A stretch of DNA of 64,000 nt from Octopus vulgaris (Eukaryota), in contig OX597814.1 of NCBI GenBank assembly GCA_951406725.2, forward strand, positions 9,610,001 through 9,674,000, in the 5' to 3' direction. Made by a program: the position numbers and the translations under genes. The notes under the pieces are model-generated. The model saw only the letters and a list, made by a program, of their open reading frames with translations. It searched no databases and had not been told where the DNA came from. Below, one piece after another: positions 27,219 through 39,995 of this stretch (the stretch's first letter is position 1; each line of letters begins with the position of its first letter).

Positions 27219-27450
27219 ATTTCTTTATTACCCACAAGGGGCTAAACACAGAGGGGACAAACAAGGACAGACATAGGTATTAAGTCGATTACATCGACCC
27301 CAGTGCGTAACTGGTACTTAATTTATCGATCCCGAAAAGATGAAAGGTAAAGTCAACCTCGGCGGAATTTGAACTCACAACGTAATGGCAGACGAAATAC
27401 CGCTAAGCATTTCGTCCGACGTGCTAACGTTTCTGCCAGCTCTCCGCCTT
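27219..27450 (-). mobile_element. tRNA-derived SINE, family C (tail type 1), full length
   Basis: Reverse complement AAGGCGGAGAGCTGGCAGAAACGTTAGCAC...GAGTTCAAATTCCGCCGAGG...CCCCTTGTGGGTAATAAAGAAAT; near-identical to 59099-59329. Confidence 0.9.
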
Positions 27451-27951
27451 ACCCAACCGCTTTACTAATAGAGGTAAGAATATAGTCTTGATCAGCCAGG
27501 GCTGTGAAAAAACCTTTGAAATGAAATTCTTCGAAATGAAAATTCCTCCTGGGTGAGATGGAAGCCTAAGAAAGTAGCTCTTGGCGCATTTGGTTGGCAT
27601 CACATGTATTTGATAACAGTTTAACTCAGCTCTACATTACTTAAGGTTTCATGGGAATACCTTATCAGATGTTCCGAAAGCTTGGGTAGAATGTAAAAGA
27701 AATTTAGGCCTCCATTGGCCACTTCATGTCACATAGTTGCTTTGGGGTCGTAGCGACATCACTTATTTCAGCAGACCGGATGCTAGACATCACTTTGTCG
27801 ACATTCTTCAGCATCCGATATATCCAGCAACATCAATTCCTTTCATAGGATTTTGCACGCAGTAGAGCAGAACTGTTGGCATCAATTAATGATCATTCTG
27901 TAGTGTATGGTATTTATCGATAGAAATTACTCAGTTTGATGGCATCAGATT

Positions 27952-27984
<33 letters not shown>

Positions 27985-28049
27985 CACTCTCTCTCATACA
28001 TGTATACGCAAATGTTTTTTTATTCATTATTTCATATTGCAATACCCTC

Positions 28050-28420
28050 CCCACCAACCATTCACAATGATTTTCTGTGCTGATCGTGTGCCGGATCATG
28101 AAAATACGGTTACACTTTATCCCCTGCCACCAGGTCGGAAGAAAAAACGTTGTGTTCATCGGCTTCAAACACTTCCAGCAGATACGAGCAGTCTTTCAGT
28201 CTTTTCTCCTTTAAATCAGCTGTCAACTACTCAAATATTTTTACCGACGTTAGTAATGCATTGTGACTACGGTCAAGTTATTCAACAATTTCTGGATTAT
28301 GGCTCGTTTGCCGCGCGAAACAGTTCGTCCAATCGCTGGAGATTCATCTCAGTGACTTGAAATTAATAGCTTCCCATTGCGTGGTTTGTCTTCAATATGG
28401 CTGTACATAACTCATTTCAA
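28050..28420 (-). pseudogene. Ancient mariner transposase fragment
   Basis: Reverse complement across frameshifts: IEDKPRNGK ... LTADLKEKRLKDCSYLLEVFEADEHNVFSSDLVAGDKV*PYFHDP, matching mariner EDxPRSGRP...LTxxQKxxR...IVTGDExWxYxYDP. Confidence 0.65.
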
Positions 28421-28441
28421 TGGTGTTATCTCCATAAGCGT

Positions 28442-28690
28442 GGAGGCGCGTGGCTTAGTGGTTAGGGTGTCAGCACCATGATCATAAGATTGTATTTTCG
28501 ATTCCTGGACCGGGCGACGCGTTGTTCTTGAGCAAAACACTTCATTTCACGTTGCTCCAGTCAACTCAGCTGGAAAAAAATGAGTTACGCTGCGATGGAC
28601 TGGCGTCCCGTCCAGCTGGGGAACACATACGCCATAGGAACCGGGAAATCGGGTCCATGTGTCTGGCTAGGCTTTAAAAAGGGCGCATTT
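28442..28690 (+). mobile_element. SINE with a family-B head and a different 3' part
   Basis: GGAGGCGCGTGGCTTAGTGGTTAGGG...TTCTTGAGCAAAACACTTCATTTCACGTTGCTCCAGT shared with B, then diverges. Confidence 0.8.
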
Positions 28691-29051
28691 ATTTATTTTT
28701 TATATTTCTGCTGGGGTGGATACCTCACACTTCCTTCGACAGTACATTTCTTCCGTTTAGAACCCAGTATTTGGTTGCAAAGAAGACGAATAAGAAGGCG
28801 AGTTACTATAGTCGGAAACTTTGCTAACATATTGAATTCGAACGATGTGTATCAGTTATTAAAATTGTTATGCTTTCTCTTGCATTAATTTCAAGTAAAC
28901 CCTCGCACCTGCGTGTGCGCATGTTTATGTATATCGTATGCCAGTGCATGTGTGTAAGTATATACGTATATTTATGTGCAGTTATGTAGCTGTGTGTTTA
29001 TATGTAATTTTACTCGATGTGTATACATCGGTATATAATATATATTTTAAG

Positions 29052-29113
<62 letters not shown>

Positions 29114-29115
29114 TA

Positions 29116-29457
29116 AAGGGGTAAAGACCCCCTTCGGTCATGAATGACCATGGGATTGCACCTAGAAAGTTACCCTCCTAGATACAAGTCTGGGCAAGGT
29201 TGTTTATGGAAGACCAGCAGTCGCCCATGCATACCAGCCTCCCCTCTCCACGCCACCAGTGTTATCCAAGGGAAAGACAAAGGTCGATACAGCTTGGCAC
29301 CAGTGACGTCGCAACTCATTTCTACAGCTGAGTGAACTGGAGCAACGTGAAATAAAGTGCCTTGCTCAAGGACACAACACGCAGCCCGGTCCGGGATTCG
29401 AGCTCACAACCTCACGATCGTAAGCTCGACGCTCTAACCACTGAGCCATGCGCCTTC
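29116..29457 (-). mobile_element. SINE family B, full length
   Basis: Reverse complement highly similar to 63552-63894. Confidence 0.9.
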
Positions 29458-29479
29458 ACTGAGCCATACACTGAGCCAT

Positions 29480-29535
<56 letters not shown>

Positions 29536-29674
29536 GTGTGTATACATTATGCATGCAAACACACACACACACATATATATATATATGTGTGTGTGTGTGT
29601 GTATATATCTATGTGTGTAGAAATCTTATAGAGATAACACCACACACACACATATATATGTGTGTGTATGTGTG

Positions 29675-29707
<33 letters not shown>

Positions 29708-29768
29708 ATGTGTGTGTGTGTGTATATATGTGTGTGTTAAGAGTTACGGAATGGATTAGGAAAAATCC

Positions 29769-29852
29769 GGGCTACATATGTTTCATAGCGAGTGGATCCT
29801 CAGAAGTGCTAAAATCTAAGTGAGGTGTATACCACCGGCTACTCTTCAGGCC
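29769..29852 (-). ncRNA. Type-I hammerhead ribozyme motif, canonical core, extended stem II
   Basis: Reverse complement: ggc-CTGAAGA-gtagc..gtgg..cctca...tgagg..ccac..gctat-GAAA-catat-GTA-gcc; helix III palindrome ACATATGT. Confidence 0.8.
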
Positions 29853-30732
29853 AATATTTTTTTCGCACACTCGGCAACTGTGGTCAGTTACCGTGGAATA
29901 TAAAAATAACTTTTTCTGCTCATCGTCCTCCGGTAAAGAAAAATAATCCGCAACCTTCCGTCACAATACACCTCTATTGTTCCTGAATGTTTTTTTTATA
30001 TATTTACTAAGGATTGATCGAAGTTAACTTTCTTCCTATACCTCAATCCCTGGATCTTACACGCGTGCACACACAAATATATTTATGGGGGCTGCCAGAT
30101 TCGAACAGTCCCAAGTGTAACTTGAATGATGAGAGGAGGCTGTGAATGACCCGTCCTTGTTTTTCCCTGTCCATCATTTTATTGTTTTTCCTGTCCGTCT
30201 TCGCATCGTCTATCTGTCCGGATGTTTTATTGTCAACTGTTGAGTTCTTGTTCTATTTTTTGAATTTATATATACATATCACGGCGTACGTACACTTTTG
30301 CTCACCATGTAAGTAAGTATGTATCTAAATTTTGTACTACTCTTTTACACTTTCTTTCAATTCCCTCATATTTCCTTCTTTCTTTCCTCTTATTTTCTCG
30401 CCCCCCCTTTTACATTTCTTGGCTTTCTCTTTCTTTAATTCCTACTTTTCCTTTTCGTTTATCTCCCTTGTACCTTCCTCTATGTCCCTTTGATTTCCTC
30501 TCTTTCGCATTCTTCCCCTAATCCTTCAATCTCTCTTCTCCTACCTCTCTTTTCCTTCCACGTCATCGGTGTTTGGCCAGGTATGATCTTTCTTTCTTGG
30601 CTCGACTGCCTGCCGCGAAGCATCTCTTATATTCCTGTCTCTTGACTTTCATCTCTTATGTTCATCTCCTATGTTCCTGCCTCAAGGCTTTCACTCTACA
30701 CACGCCAGATCAACTGGATTCATCTTTATTAG

Positions 30733-30885
30733 TCGAAGACAGGTGGTGCAGAAAACAAACAGATGTATTAGTATAACGCTCAGGAATTAAAAAGGTATTT
30801 TACGTTTCGAGCCTACGCTCTTCTACAGAAAGGGACACAGAAAAAAACAAGGAGAGGAAAAAACGTGTGTAGTGGCTACCGATCT

Positions 30886-30890
<5 letters not shown>
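30733..30890 (-). mobile_element. Penelope-like end fragment (family of 14420-14640)
   Basis: CGAAGACAGGTGG...TGTATTAGTATAACGCTCAGGAAT...TTTTACGTTTCGAGCCTACGCTCTTC aligns with 14449-14545; abuts (TA)n. Confidence 0.72.
30798..30831 (-). ncRNA. Minimal hammerhead ribozyme motif, A6U variant
   Basis: Reverse complement: ttt-CTGTAGA-a-gagc(gtag)gctc-GAAA-c-GTA-aaa. Confidence 0.68.
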
Positions 30891-30917
<27 letters not shown>

Positions 30918-30919
<2 letters not shown>

Positions 30920-31160
30920 GAGCACTCCGTTGGTTACGACGACGAGGGTCCCAGTTGATACGATCAACAGAACAGCTTACTCGTGAAATTAACGTGCAAG
31001 TAACACAGACACGTGTACCCTTAACGTAGTTCTCAGGGAAAAGCAGCGTGACAAAAAGTGTGACAAGGCCTTTGAAAATTCAAGTACTACTCATTTTAGC
31101 CAGCTGAGTGAACTGGAGCAACGTGAAATAAATCGTCTTGTTCAAGGACACAACGCGTTG
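30918..31160 (-). mobile_element. SINE with a family-B core and an alternative 3' domain, 5'-truncated
   Basis: CAGCTGAGTGAACTGGAGCAACGTGAAATAAA...CAAGGACACAAC is shared with B; the remainder is different and recurs diverged at 62755-62985. Confidence 0.75.
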
Positions 31161-31370
31161 TTTAGGAAAACTGAAAAACCTCATTATTTACCAAATATTA
31201 TTGGAGCGGCATTAAAAACAAAACAAAACAAAACTGCTGTATCGTTATTAAGTGGAATGCTATATTTTCTGAAAGGCAGGTCAATAAAATAAAGTTTCAC
31301 CCCTCGAGTTAGCTTTATGATATTTTGCAAAGAACTTCTTCAAAAATGTATTTTTACTAAGACTATACTA

Positions 31371-32363
31371 TGGAGGGGAGGTACGACGACGAGCTCGGGG
31401 CGAACCTGGACGTCGACGACGAGTACCTGATCCGCCTGTTCAGGACGACTTTCGGGCCAGGGCCCATGGACAACTTCCAGAGATCCCTGGCCTGGCAGTG
31501 CTACCGAGAAGCGCTACCCGTTCGGGATAAGCTCTACAGACACGGCTCGAGAAACACGGGGCCGACCTGCCCGAGATGCGGTCAGAGCGACGAAACCGTT
31601 CTGCACGCACTCGTGCAGTGTCCAACAATTTCCGACCTGTGGGCTTGTGTCGAACAACTGCTGTCACGTGTGGGACGAGTCGGTTTATCAGCTGAGTCTA
31701 TCGTCAATATTGTCACGCCTCCCTCCTTCAAACGGGAAGGAAGAGCTATTTTCATCATCCTTGTGGCTATGGCGAAAGAATGTATCTGGTGGACGCGTCA
31801 GAAAGGATTGGAGACAAACACTTTCCTTTCTGGTCAATCTCTCATCAACTTCTTCAAGTACCACTTGAAAAGGAAAGTGAGAGTAGAGAGGCAAGTTTTG
31901 TCTAGCGAATGTTTTAAAAAAGATGGGTGAATGTAGCAAGAATGGCACGTATGAATGACCAAGCCACCTTGAGCATGATCCTATGAACCCAGAAATTGAA
32001 AACAGAGAGTTGCTTATTTGCAAAAAAAAAAAAAAAGAAATATAACATGTGACTCCATTGACCGAGGTTACCGTGGTCTTTTCCGTAGGCTTTTCTTTCC
32101 ACGGGTAAACCTCACCTGTCCTCCCCTTTACACTTCATATTGACATTTCTGTGATAACGATCCCTATTGATCAATTTTTTTTTTTTCCTCTCCCCCTTTT
32201 TTTTTAACCCCCCTTTTTTTGTCCTCTTTCTCTCCTTTTACGATCCCTTTTGATCGAAACTCCCCCTTCCTTTTTTTTTTTTAAAACCTTCAAAAGAAAA
32301 GCTCTACCTTGTAATTTGTTCTATCTGTGTGCAGCCCTGTGTGGCTAATAAAGAAACATATCT
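31371..32363 (+). mobile_element. L1/Tx1-clade LINE, 5'-truncated (ORF2 C-terminal zinc knuckle plus 3' UTR)
   Basis: ORF 31370-31930 has LPVRDKL...CPRCGQSDETVLHALVQC (CCHC)...IWWTR; frameshift near 31920; pyrimidine-rich UTR ending AATAAAGAAACATATCT. Confidence 0.88.
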
Positions 32364-32532
32364 TAGGCCATGTAAATAATAGAACTTCCAAACATTGTTA
32401 AGCTGAGAAAGCACACATTACCGAAGTTCTGAAGACATCGTATCAACATCTACATTTTGGCATTTGTCTATCTGTCCATCTGTCACTCTACCTACATACC
32501 TGCCTATTTGTCAGTCTGTCTGTCTGCCTAAA

Positions 32533-32870
32533 CCACTTTGAGCATGATCCTGTAAATCGTAAGAGAGAGAGAGAGAGAGAGAGAGCACTTAGCTCTCATG
32601 TGTCTTTATTTCCTCCCTGCTTGAGGTTACCGTGGTCTTTTCTGTAGGCTTTTCTTCTCACGGATGAACCTAATCTTGTTTCTTACTGTTAAAAAAATTT
32701 GTTTCTGTGATACACGATCCATTTTGATCCCTTTTTTTCCCCGATCCTTTTTGATAGAAATTTTACATTTGTTTCCTTTTTTTCTTTTTCCTTTTCCATC
32801 TTCGAAAAGAAAAGTTCTACATTTGTATTTGTCCCCTCTGTGTCCAGCCCTGTGTGGCCAATAAAGAAAG

Positions 32871-32872
<2 letters not shown>
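32533..32872 (+). mobile_element. Related Tx1-like LINE 3' UTR (second subfamily)
   Basis: TTGAGCATGATCCT...GAGGTTACCGTGGTCTTTT...CAGCCCTGTGTGGCCAATAAAGAAAG, followed by (TATC)n. Confidence 0.8.
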
Positions 32873-32921
<49 letters not shown>

Positions 32922-32926
32922 CCTAC

Positions 32927-32994
<68 letters not shown>

Positions 32995-33106
32995 TTAGAG
33001 AGATAGATAGATGGATAAATAGATACATAGATATATACATACTGCATACATACATATACGCGTGTGCACACATACGCACACCGCACACACACACGCACAC
33101 ACATGC

Positions 33107-33148
<42 letters not shown>

Positions 33149-33173
33149 CCATACATATATACATATATATATA

Positions 33174-33207
<34 letters not shown>

Positions 33208-33334
33208 TTATATACATACATGCATACATATATTACATACATACATACATACATATATACATACATATATACATACATATATACATACATACATGCCTAC
33301 ATACATACATACATACATACATACATACATACAT

Positions 33335-34809
33335 AAAAGGTCGGGCGGAGGTGGTGAACGCGTACATCGCGTCCATCATCTACTACCGCCTGACCGTCGT
33401 ACCTTGTCCCGACCCTACCATCACCAAACTAGAACGCATCCTCTTCCGCTTCTTGTGGAAAGGATGCGTCCCGATGGTCAGGCGATCCATTTGCTGTCAA
33501 CACCCGTTAAAAGGAGGGCTGGGCATGCCGTGGTTGATGATGCGCAGACACGCGCTGAGACTGCGACATCTCCGGCTCTATGTAGACGACGGTGAACAGG
33601 TGTGGTGGCCGTTTGTGAGGCACGCATTCCCGCAATCGTCTCCATGACCGAACTGCAGTCGTGGATCAAAAAGAGGCCGAGGAAGGGCGAATGGCACCGC
33701 GAGTGTCGCGTTGCTCTCAGGCAACTCTGCCGTCCCGGGTCGACCTTGAGTGACTTCAACACAACCAAAGCATTCTATAAGGGATTAGTGGAGGGGAGGT
33801 ACGACGACGAGCTCGGGGCAAACCTGGGCGTCGACGAGGAATACCTGACCCGCCTGTTTCAAACGACTTTCGGCCCGGGACCTATGGACAACTTCCAGAG
33901 ATCCCTGGCCTGGCGGTGCTACCGAGAAGCGCTACCCGTTCGGGATAAGCTCTATAGGCATGGCTCGAGAAACACGGGGCCGACCTGCCCGAGATGCGGG
34001 CAGAGCGACGAGACCGCTCTGCACGCAATCGTGCAGTGTCCAGCAATTTCCCACCTGTGGGCTTATGTCGAACGACTGCTGTCTCGTGTGGGACGTGTCG
34101 GTTTATCAGCCGAGTCTTTCGTTAATATCGTCACGCCTCCTTCCTTCAAACGGGAAGGAAGAGCTATTTTTATCATACTTGTGGCTATGGCGAAAGAATG
34201 TATCTGGTGGACGCGCCTGAAAGGATTAGAGACAAACACTTTCCTCTCTGGTCAATCTCTCATCAACTTCTTCAAGTATCACTTGAAGAAAAAGTGAGAG
34301 TAGAGAGGCAAGTTTTGTCTAGTGAATGTTTTAAAAACAGATGGGTGAATGTAGCAAGGATGGCACGTATGAATGACGAAGCTACCTTGACTATGATTCT
34401 ATGAACCGTAAAAATTAATACAGAGAGTTGCTTATTTGTAAAAAAAAAAAAAAAAAAGAAATATAACATGTGACTTCATTGACCGAGGTTACCGTGGTCT
34501 TTTCCGTAGGCTTTTCTTTCCACGGGTAAACCTCACCTGTCCTCCCTTTTACACTTCACTTCATATTGACATTTCTGTGATAACGATCCCTATTGATCAA
34601 TTTTTTCCGTCTCCCCCTTTTTTTTTAACCCCCCCTTTTTTGTCCTCTTTCTCTCCTTTTACGATCCCTTTTGATCGACCCCCCTTTTTTTATTTATTTA
34701 TTGATTTATTTATTATTTAAAAAAAATTTTTTTTTTACCTTCAAAAGAAAAGCTCTACCTTGTAATTTGTTCTATCTGTGTGCAGCCCTGTGTGGCTAAT
34801 AAAGAAACA

Positions 34810-34810
<1 letters not shown>
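33335..34810 (+). mobile_element. L1/Tx1-clade LINE, 5'-truncated, frameshifted ORF2
   Basis: [11 protein letters not shown]...LFRFLWKG...GGLGMP (post-RT region), frameshift near 33635, CPRCGQSDETALHAIVQC, second frameshift near 34290, stop at 34404; highly similar to the 31371 copy; ends in (ATCT)n. Confidence 0.92.
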
Positions 34811-34900
<90 letters not shown>

Positions 34901-34941
34901 TTAGAGAGATAGATAGATGGATAAATAGATACATAGATACA

Positions 34942-35004
<63 letters not shown>

Positions 35005-35026
35005 GTTTCTATCTATCTATTTAGAG

Positions 35027-35232
<206 letters not shown>

Positions 35233-35683
35233 TATCCTCCGTCTGTCTGTCTGTCTAGCTGTCTGTCTATCTGTCTGCTTGTCTTATCTGATTTAGCAAC
35301 ATATAATACCGGTTTATACTTTGAATTATAATGTGCTAAAATGCCAATGTATGGTTCATCAATTTTTGCTGAACCTTTGATTTTCTTATATTTTTTTTTT
35401 ATGTTATGTGAGTTCCATATAGAGCGGACTGGAGGGGGGAGTCCTTAAACTGGATATAAATTTCTGTGTATAAGGATGTTTATATACGCATGCACCACTT
35501 GTAGAAAGACTAACATTCCAAAGTATATATATATATACACATACATACATACATATACATATATACATACATACATATATGTATACATATATATATAGAT
35601 ACACACACACATATACATGCATGCACACAAACACGTATACATACACACATATATATATGCATATATATATATATGTATACATA

Positions 35684-35717
<34 letters not shown>

Positions 35718-35869
35718 CATACGTACATACTTACACATACATATGAGTGTGCGGTTGTGTGTGCGTTTACAATTTTATATGTAATTGTATATATTTGAGT
35801 CTATATATTATGTTTTTATGTAATTAATGTCTGTACTTCGAGTGTAAATAAATATCTATGTCGGTTTGT

Positions 35870-35907
<38 letters not shown>

Positions 35908-35959
35908 ATACACAGAGACATATATATCTATATGAAAGTGTGTATTTTCTTTTTACTAA

Positions 35960-36001
<42 letters not shown>

Positions 36002-37624
36002 TTACATCTGTAGATATATTCGGAAATTCTTCTTTTGTGGAATTATAAAAATCACGGCAGAATTATTGCTGAAAGTAATAATTTAATAACTTAATTATCT
36101 GTAATTTAATCAAATTTATTCTCAACAGTAGAAGAGATAAGAGTTCTGAATTCATTGTTATATTGATATAAAATATATAATTGATAAACCAGGGAAAGAA
36201 ACAGGGGAGTTAAATGTACACACACACAGAAACAGGTACACACACATGCACTCACATAAATACGCATTCGTACACATACATGCATACATACATATATACA
36301 TACATATATATATACATACATACACAGTAATAAATACACTAACATAAATAGATTTCGATACACAGGCGCTGGCGAATATCTCAGTGTATTTTATGTATCA
36401 TCACCACAATTACACTTTTCATTATCTTCCCCCGCCATTTTGATGAAAATGATGCTGATGGTAGCGATGGTGGTGGTGGGGGGGGGTGATGGTCGTGGTG
36501 GTAATGGTGGTGGTGGTGGAGGTGGTGATGATGGCGGAGGTGTCGATGATGATGATGATGGTGGTGGTGGTCATCTTCATCAGCCCATCGCCATCGTGAG
36601 CCTCATACACTTCACGACGATGGCCACTATCATCAACACTGCCGCCGCCATTTCGTCATCACAGTCGCCAATACACTACCACCACAGCTGTCTCCAGCAT
36701 TATGCTTCTTCCTCACTCACCTTCTCCCTCTCCTCAACCTACTCTTTGTCATTATGAATCCTCATTATTGCGACGACGACCACGACCACGACGACCAGCA
36801 CGATGACCACGACCAGCACGAAAACGACGACGACCACCGCCACTTCTCCATTACCCTCCTCCTCCTCCTCCTCCCCATCCCTTCATCTTCCCCTCCCCTC
36901 CTCTTCCCCTCCTTCGCCTCCTTTTTTTTCCCTCATTCTCTTCCCCTTCACCTCCTCCTCCCGATCCCCATCCCGCCCCCTCCTCCTTCTATTCTTCTCC
37001 TCCCTCATCCTTTCGCCCTCCTTTCCCCTCCTCATACTCCTCTCCATGGGTATAAGTAAGTATTTCATTTATTTCCCGCCGTATTTATCGCTGCCGAGGA
37101 GAAAATTCTTATGAATTAACTCTGAAACTGGGACCGATACGATAAAAAACAGAATTTTTTAGAAATTTCTGTCGGCTTGCTTCGAGACCGTGCTTATAGT
37201 GATAAATTATATGGATATTGACGATTTGTCTATTTTCGGCATATTTGGCATTAGAATTTTTTTCTTTTTCCCTTGTTTATAAGTTGTTTATAAATTTAAC
37301 CTTTAAAGGTATTTTTTAATATGCTGGCCATTGATAGAAATTTTTTTGAAAAATTTTATCCTATATTAGATGTAAATTTAATAGTGTTCACTTCCGGACT
37401 CTCTCACTCTATGAGAGTTTTCAGTCCGATCGCACGTGTCTAGAGGTGTGCTGGAAAATTTCTATTTTGGATATATTTGGGGTACTTAAGTGTGCTCATG
37501 ACTTAGTGTTTGCTTCTTCCATGGGTATAAGTAAGTATTTCATTTATTTTCTACCGCATTTATTACTGATGAAGCGAAAATTGATAGAATCTTTTTCGAA
37601 AAATGTTATCCTATATTAGATATA

Positions 37625-37792
37625 TATTTATATATATACGTATGTATTTATGCGTGTGTGTCTTTGTGTCTGTGTTTGTCCCCCCGCTTGACAACCGATG
37701 TTGGTTTGTTTATGTCCCCGAAACTTAGCGGTTCAGCAAAAGGGAAGGATAGAATAAGATCTAGGCTTACGAAGAGTAAGTCCTGGAGGTCA
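37625..37792 (+). mobile_element. SINE family A internal fragment
   Basis: GTGTCTGTGTTTGTCCCCCCGCTTGACAACCGATG...CTTAGCGGTTC...GATAGAATAAG. Confidence 0.75.
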
Positions 37793-38119
37793 AATGAGTG
37801 AAACGTGTAAAAGAGTATAAGAGTATATTAGTGAGTAAAAAAATACTGACTCTGACATTGACGAGCAAATCCTGTAAGGAGCAGCAGAAACTACTATATT
37901 TGCCATTGAGGAACAGGCCCTCATCACAACACTTATATGGAGAGTGTGTATCATACAAGCACAACATTGATTTTCCAGAATCTTGCGTTCTAAAATCTTT
38001 CCAGATTACTGAATTTTCTGAACATCGGGTAGTCAGCTTGTTTAATACATTCAAACAAATATTAAGTTTACTAAAAATAATAAACAGTTAAATGATGAAA
38101 TACAGGTACGTGTATATTT

Positions 38120-38524
38120 CTCTTTTACTCTTTTACTTGTTTCAGTCATTTGACTGCGGCCATGCTGGAGCACCGCCTTTTAGTCGAGCAAATCGACCCC
38201 AGAACTTATTCTTTGTAAGCCTAGTACTTATTTTATCGGTTTCTTTTGCTGAACCGCTATGTTACGGGGACGTAAACACACTAGCATCGGTTGTCATGCG
38301 ATGTTGGGGGGACAAATACAGACAGACAAACACATACATATATATATATATCCATATATACGACGGACTTCTTTCAGTTTCCCTCTACCAAATCCACTCA
38401 CAAGGTTTTGGTCGGCCCGAGGCTATAGTAGAAGACACTTGCCCATGGTGTCACGCAGTGGGACTGAACCCGGAACCATGTGGTTGGTAAACAAGCTACT
38501 TACCACACAGCCACTCCTGTGCCT
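38120..38524 (-). mobile_element. SINE family A, full length
   Basis: Complete head-to-tail copy ending (GTAAAAGA)x2 on the minus strand. Confidence 0.92.
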
Positions 38525-38525
38525 A

Positions 38526-38590
38526 TGGAGGTTCTACCGAGACTTGAACTCGGATTGCTGGATTCAGAGTCTATTAGTGTTGATCATAAG
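38526..38590 (-). pseudogene. tRNA-Gln(CTG) pseudogene/retrocopy, 3' two-thirds, ending in CCA
   Basis: Reverse complement ...GACT-CTG-AATCCAGCAATCCGAGTTCAAGTCTCGGTAGAACCT-CCA matches the anticodon arm, T-arm and acceptor 3' strand of metazoan tRNA-Gln; the 5' end is decayed. Confidence 0.75.
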
Positions 38591-39207
38591 ATGTTCCGGA
38601 TCATCACTGCCTGGAAAATCGATGTTGTATTTGCATGTGTATTATAGATGGTAAATATCGCTTATGAAAAATAAGTGTGTGAAATATCTTTGATAAACAA
38701 GTTCGTGAGATGTGTTCTGTGAACAGTTTTGAGTAGGAATCGGAAAGAGAAGTATGAACTCACAATGCGCATGTGCACACTGAATTCGTAAAAAGGAAGA
38801 GAAGGATAAAAACGCAATGCGCATGTCAAAATAAAACAGAAGAGAAGAATATAAACAAATTATATGATGGTCTTCATACCACGTCTGACGCCACTATCAC
38901 GCAGCTTTGCGGCAATTTCCTTGTTTATTTCATATTCCGCCGTGTCTGACTTTGCATTTCATCTTGTTGATGTCTATGAAATAAGTACCGGTTGAACACT
39001 GTGCTCGATGTAAACGATTATCCTCTCTCCTAAAATTGCTGTCCTTGTGCTAAAATTTGAAACTTTTATCAGAAAGTAGGTTCCATCACACAACTGTTTT
39101 GTGAGTTGACGTCAAGATCGCCCTCCATCATATCGAGTAGATGTAATGTGATTACCAGTTCAAGGCAGTGAATTGCTACGATGCCTTACAATATTTGTTC
39201 TGGCTGT

Positions 39208-39995
39208 AAGGCTGGCAGAATCGTTAGCACGCCGGGCGAAATGCTTGGCAGTATTTCGTCTGCAGTTACGTTCTGAGTTCAAATTCCGCCGAGGTCGACT
39301 TTGCCTTTCATCCTTTCGAGGTCGATAAATTAAGTACCAGTTACGCACTGGAGTCGATGTAATCGACTAAATACCTTTGTCTGCCCTTGTTTGCCCCTCT
39401 ATGTTTACCCCCTTGTGGGTAATAAAGAAATAGGTATTTCGTCTGCTAACGTTTTGAGTTCAAATTCCGCCGAGGTCGACTTTGCTTTTCATCCTTTCGG
39501 GGTCGATTAAATAAGTACCAGTTACGCACTAGGGTCAATATAATCGACTTAATTCGTTTGTCTGTCCTTGTTTGTCCTCTCTGTGTTTAGCCCCTTGTGG
39601 ATAGTAAAGAAATAAGTATTTCGTCTGTGTTTACGTACTGAGTTCAAATTTCGTCGAGGTCGACTTTGCCTTTCATCCTTTCGAAGTCGATTATATAAGT
39701 ACCAGTTACGCACTGGGGTCGATATAATCGACTCAATCCGTTTATCTGTCCTTGTTTGTCCCCTCTGAGTGTAGACCCTTGTGGGCAGTAATGAAATAAG
39801 AAACGTTAGCACGCCGGGTGAAATGCTTATCAGTATTTCGTCTTTACGTTCTGAGTTCAAATTCCGCCGAGGTCGACTTTGCCTTTCATCCTTTCGGGGT
39901 CGATAAATTAAGTACCAGTTGCACACTGGGTCGATCGAATCGGCTGGCCCCGACCCCAAAATTTCGGGCCTTGTGCCTAGAGTAGAAAAGAATAT
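39208..39995 (+). mobile_element. Tandem array of four SINE family C units
   Basis: GAGTTCAAATT(C/T)CG(C/T)CGAGGTCGACTTTGC core repeated near 39275, 39455, 39640 and 39853; units 1-3 end in tail 1, unit 4 in tail 2. Confidence 0.92.

Noticed and set aside
39208-39995. CRISPR-like regular repeats
   Set aside because: The units are whole SINE copies with homologous rather than unique spacers; eukaryotic context and no cas genes.
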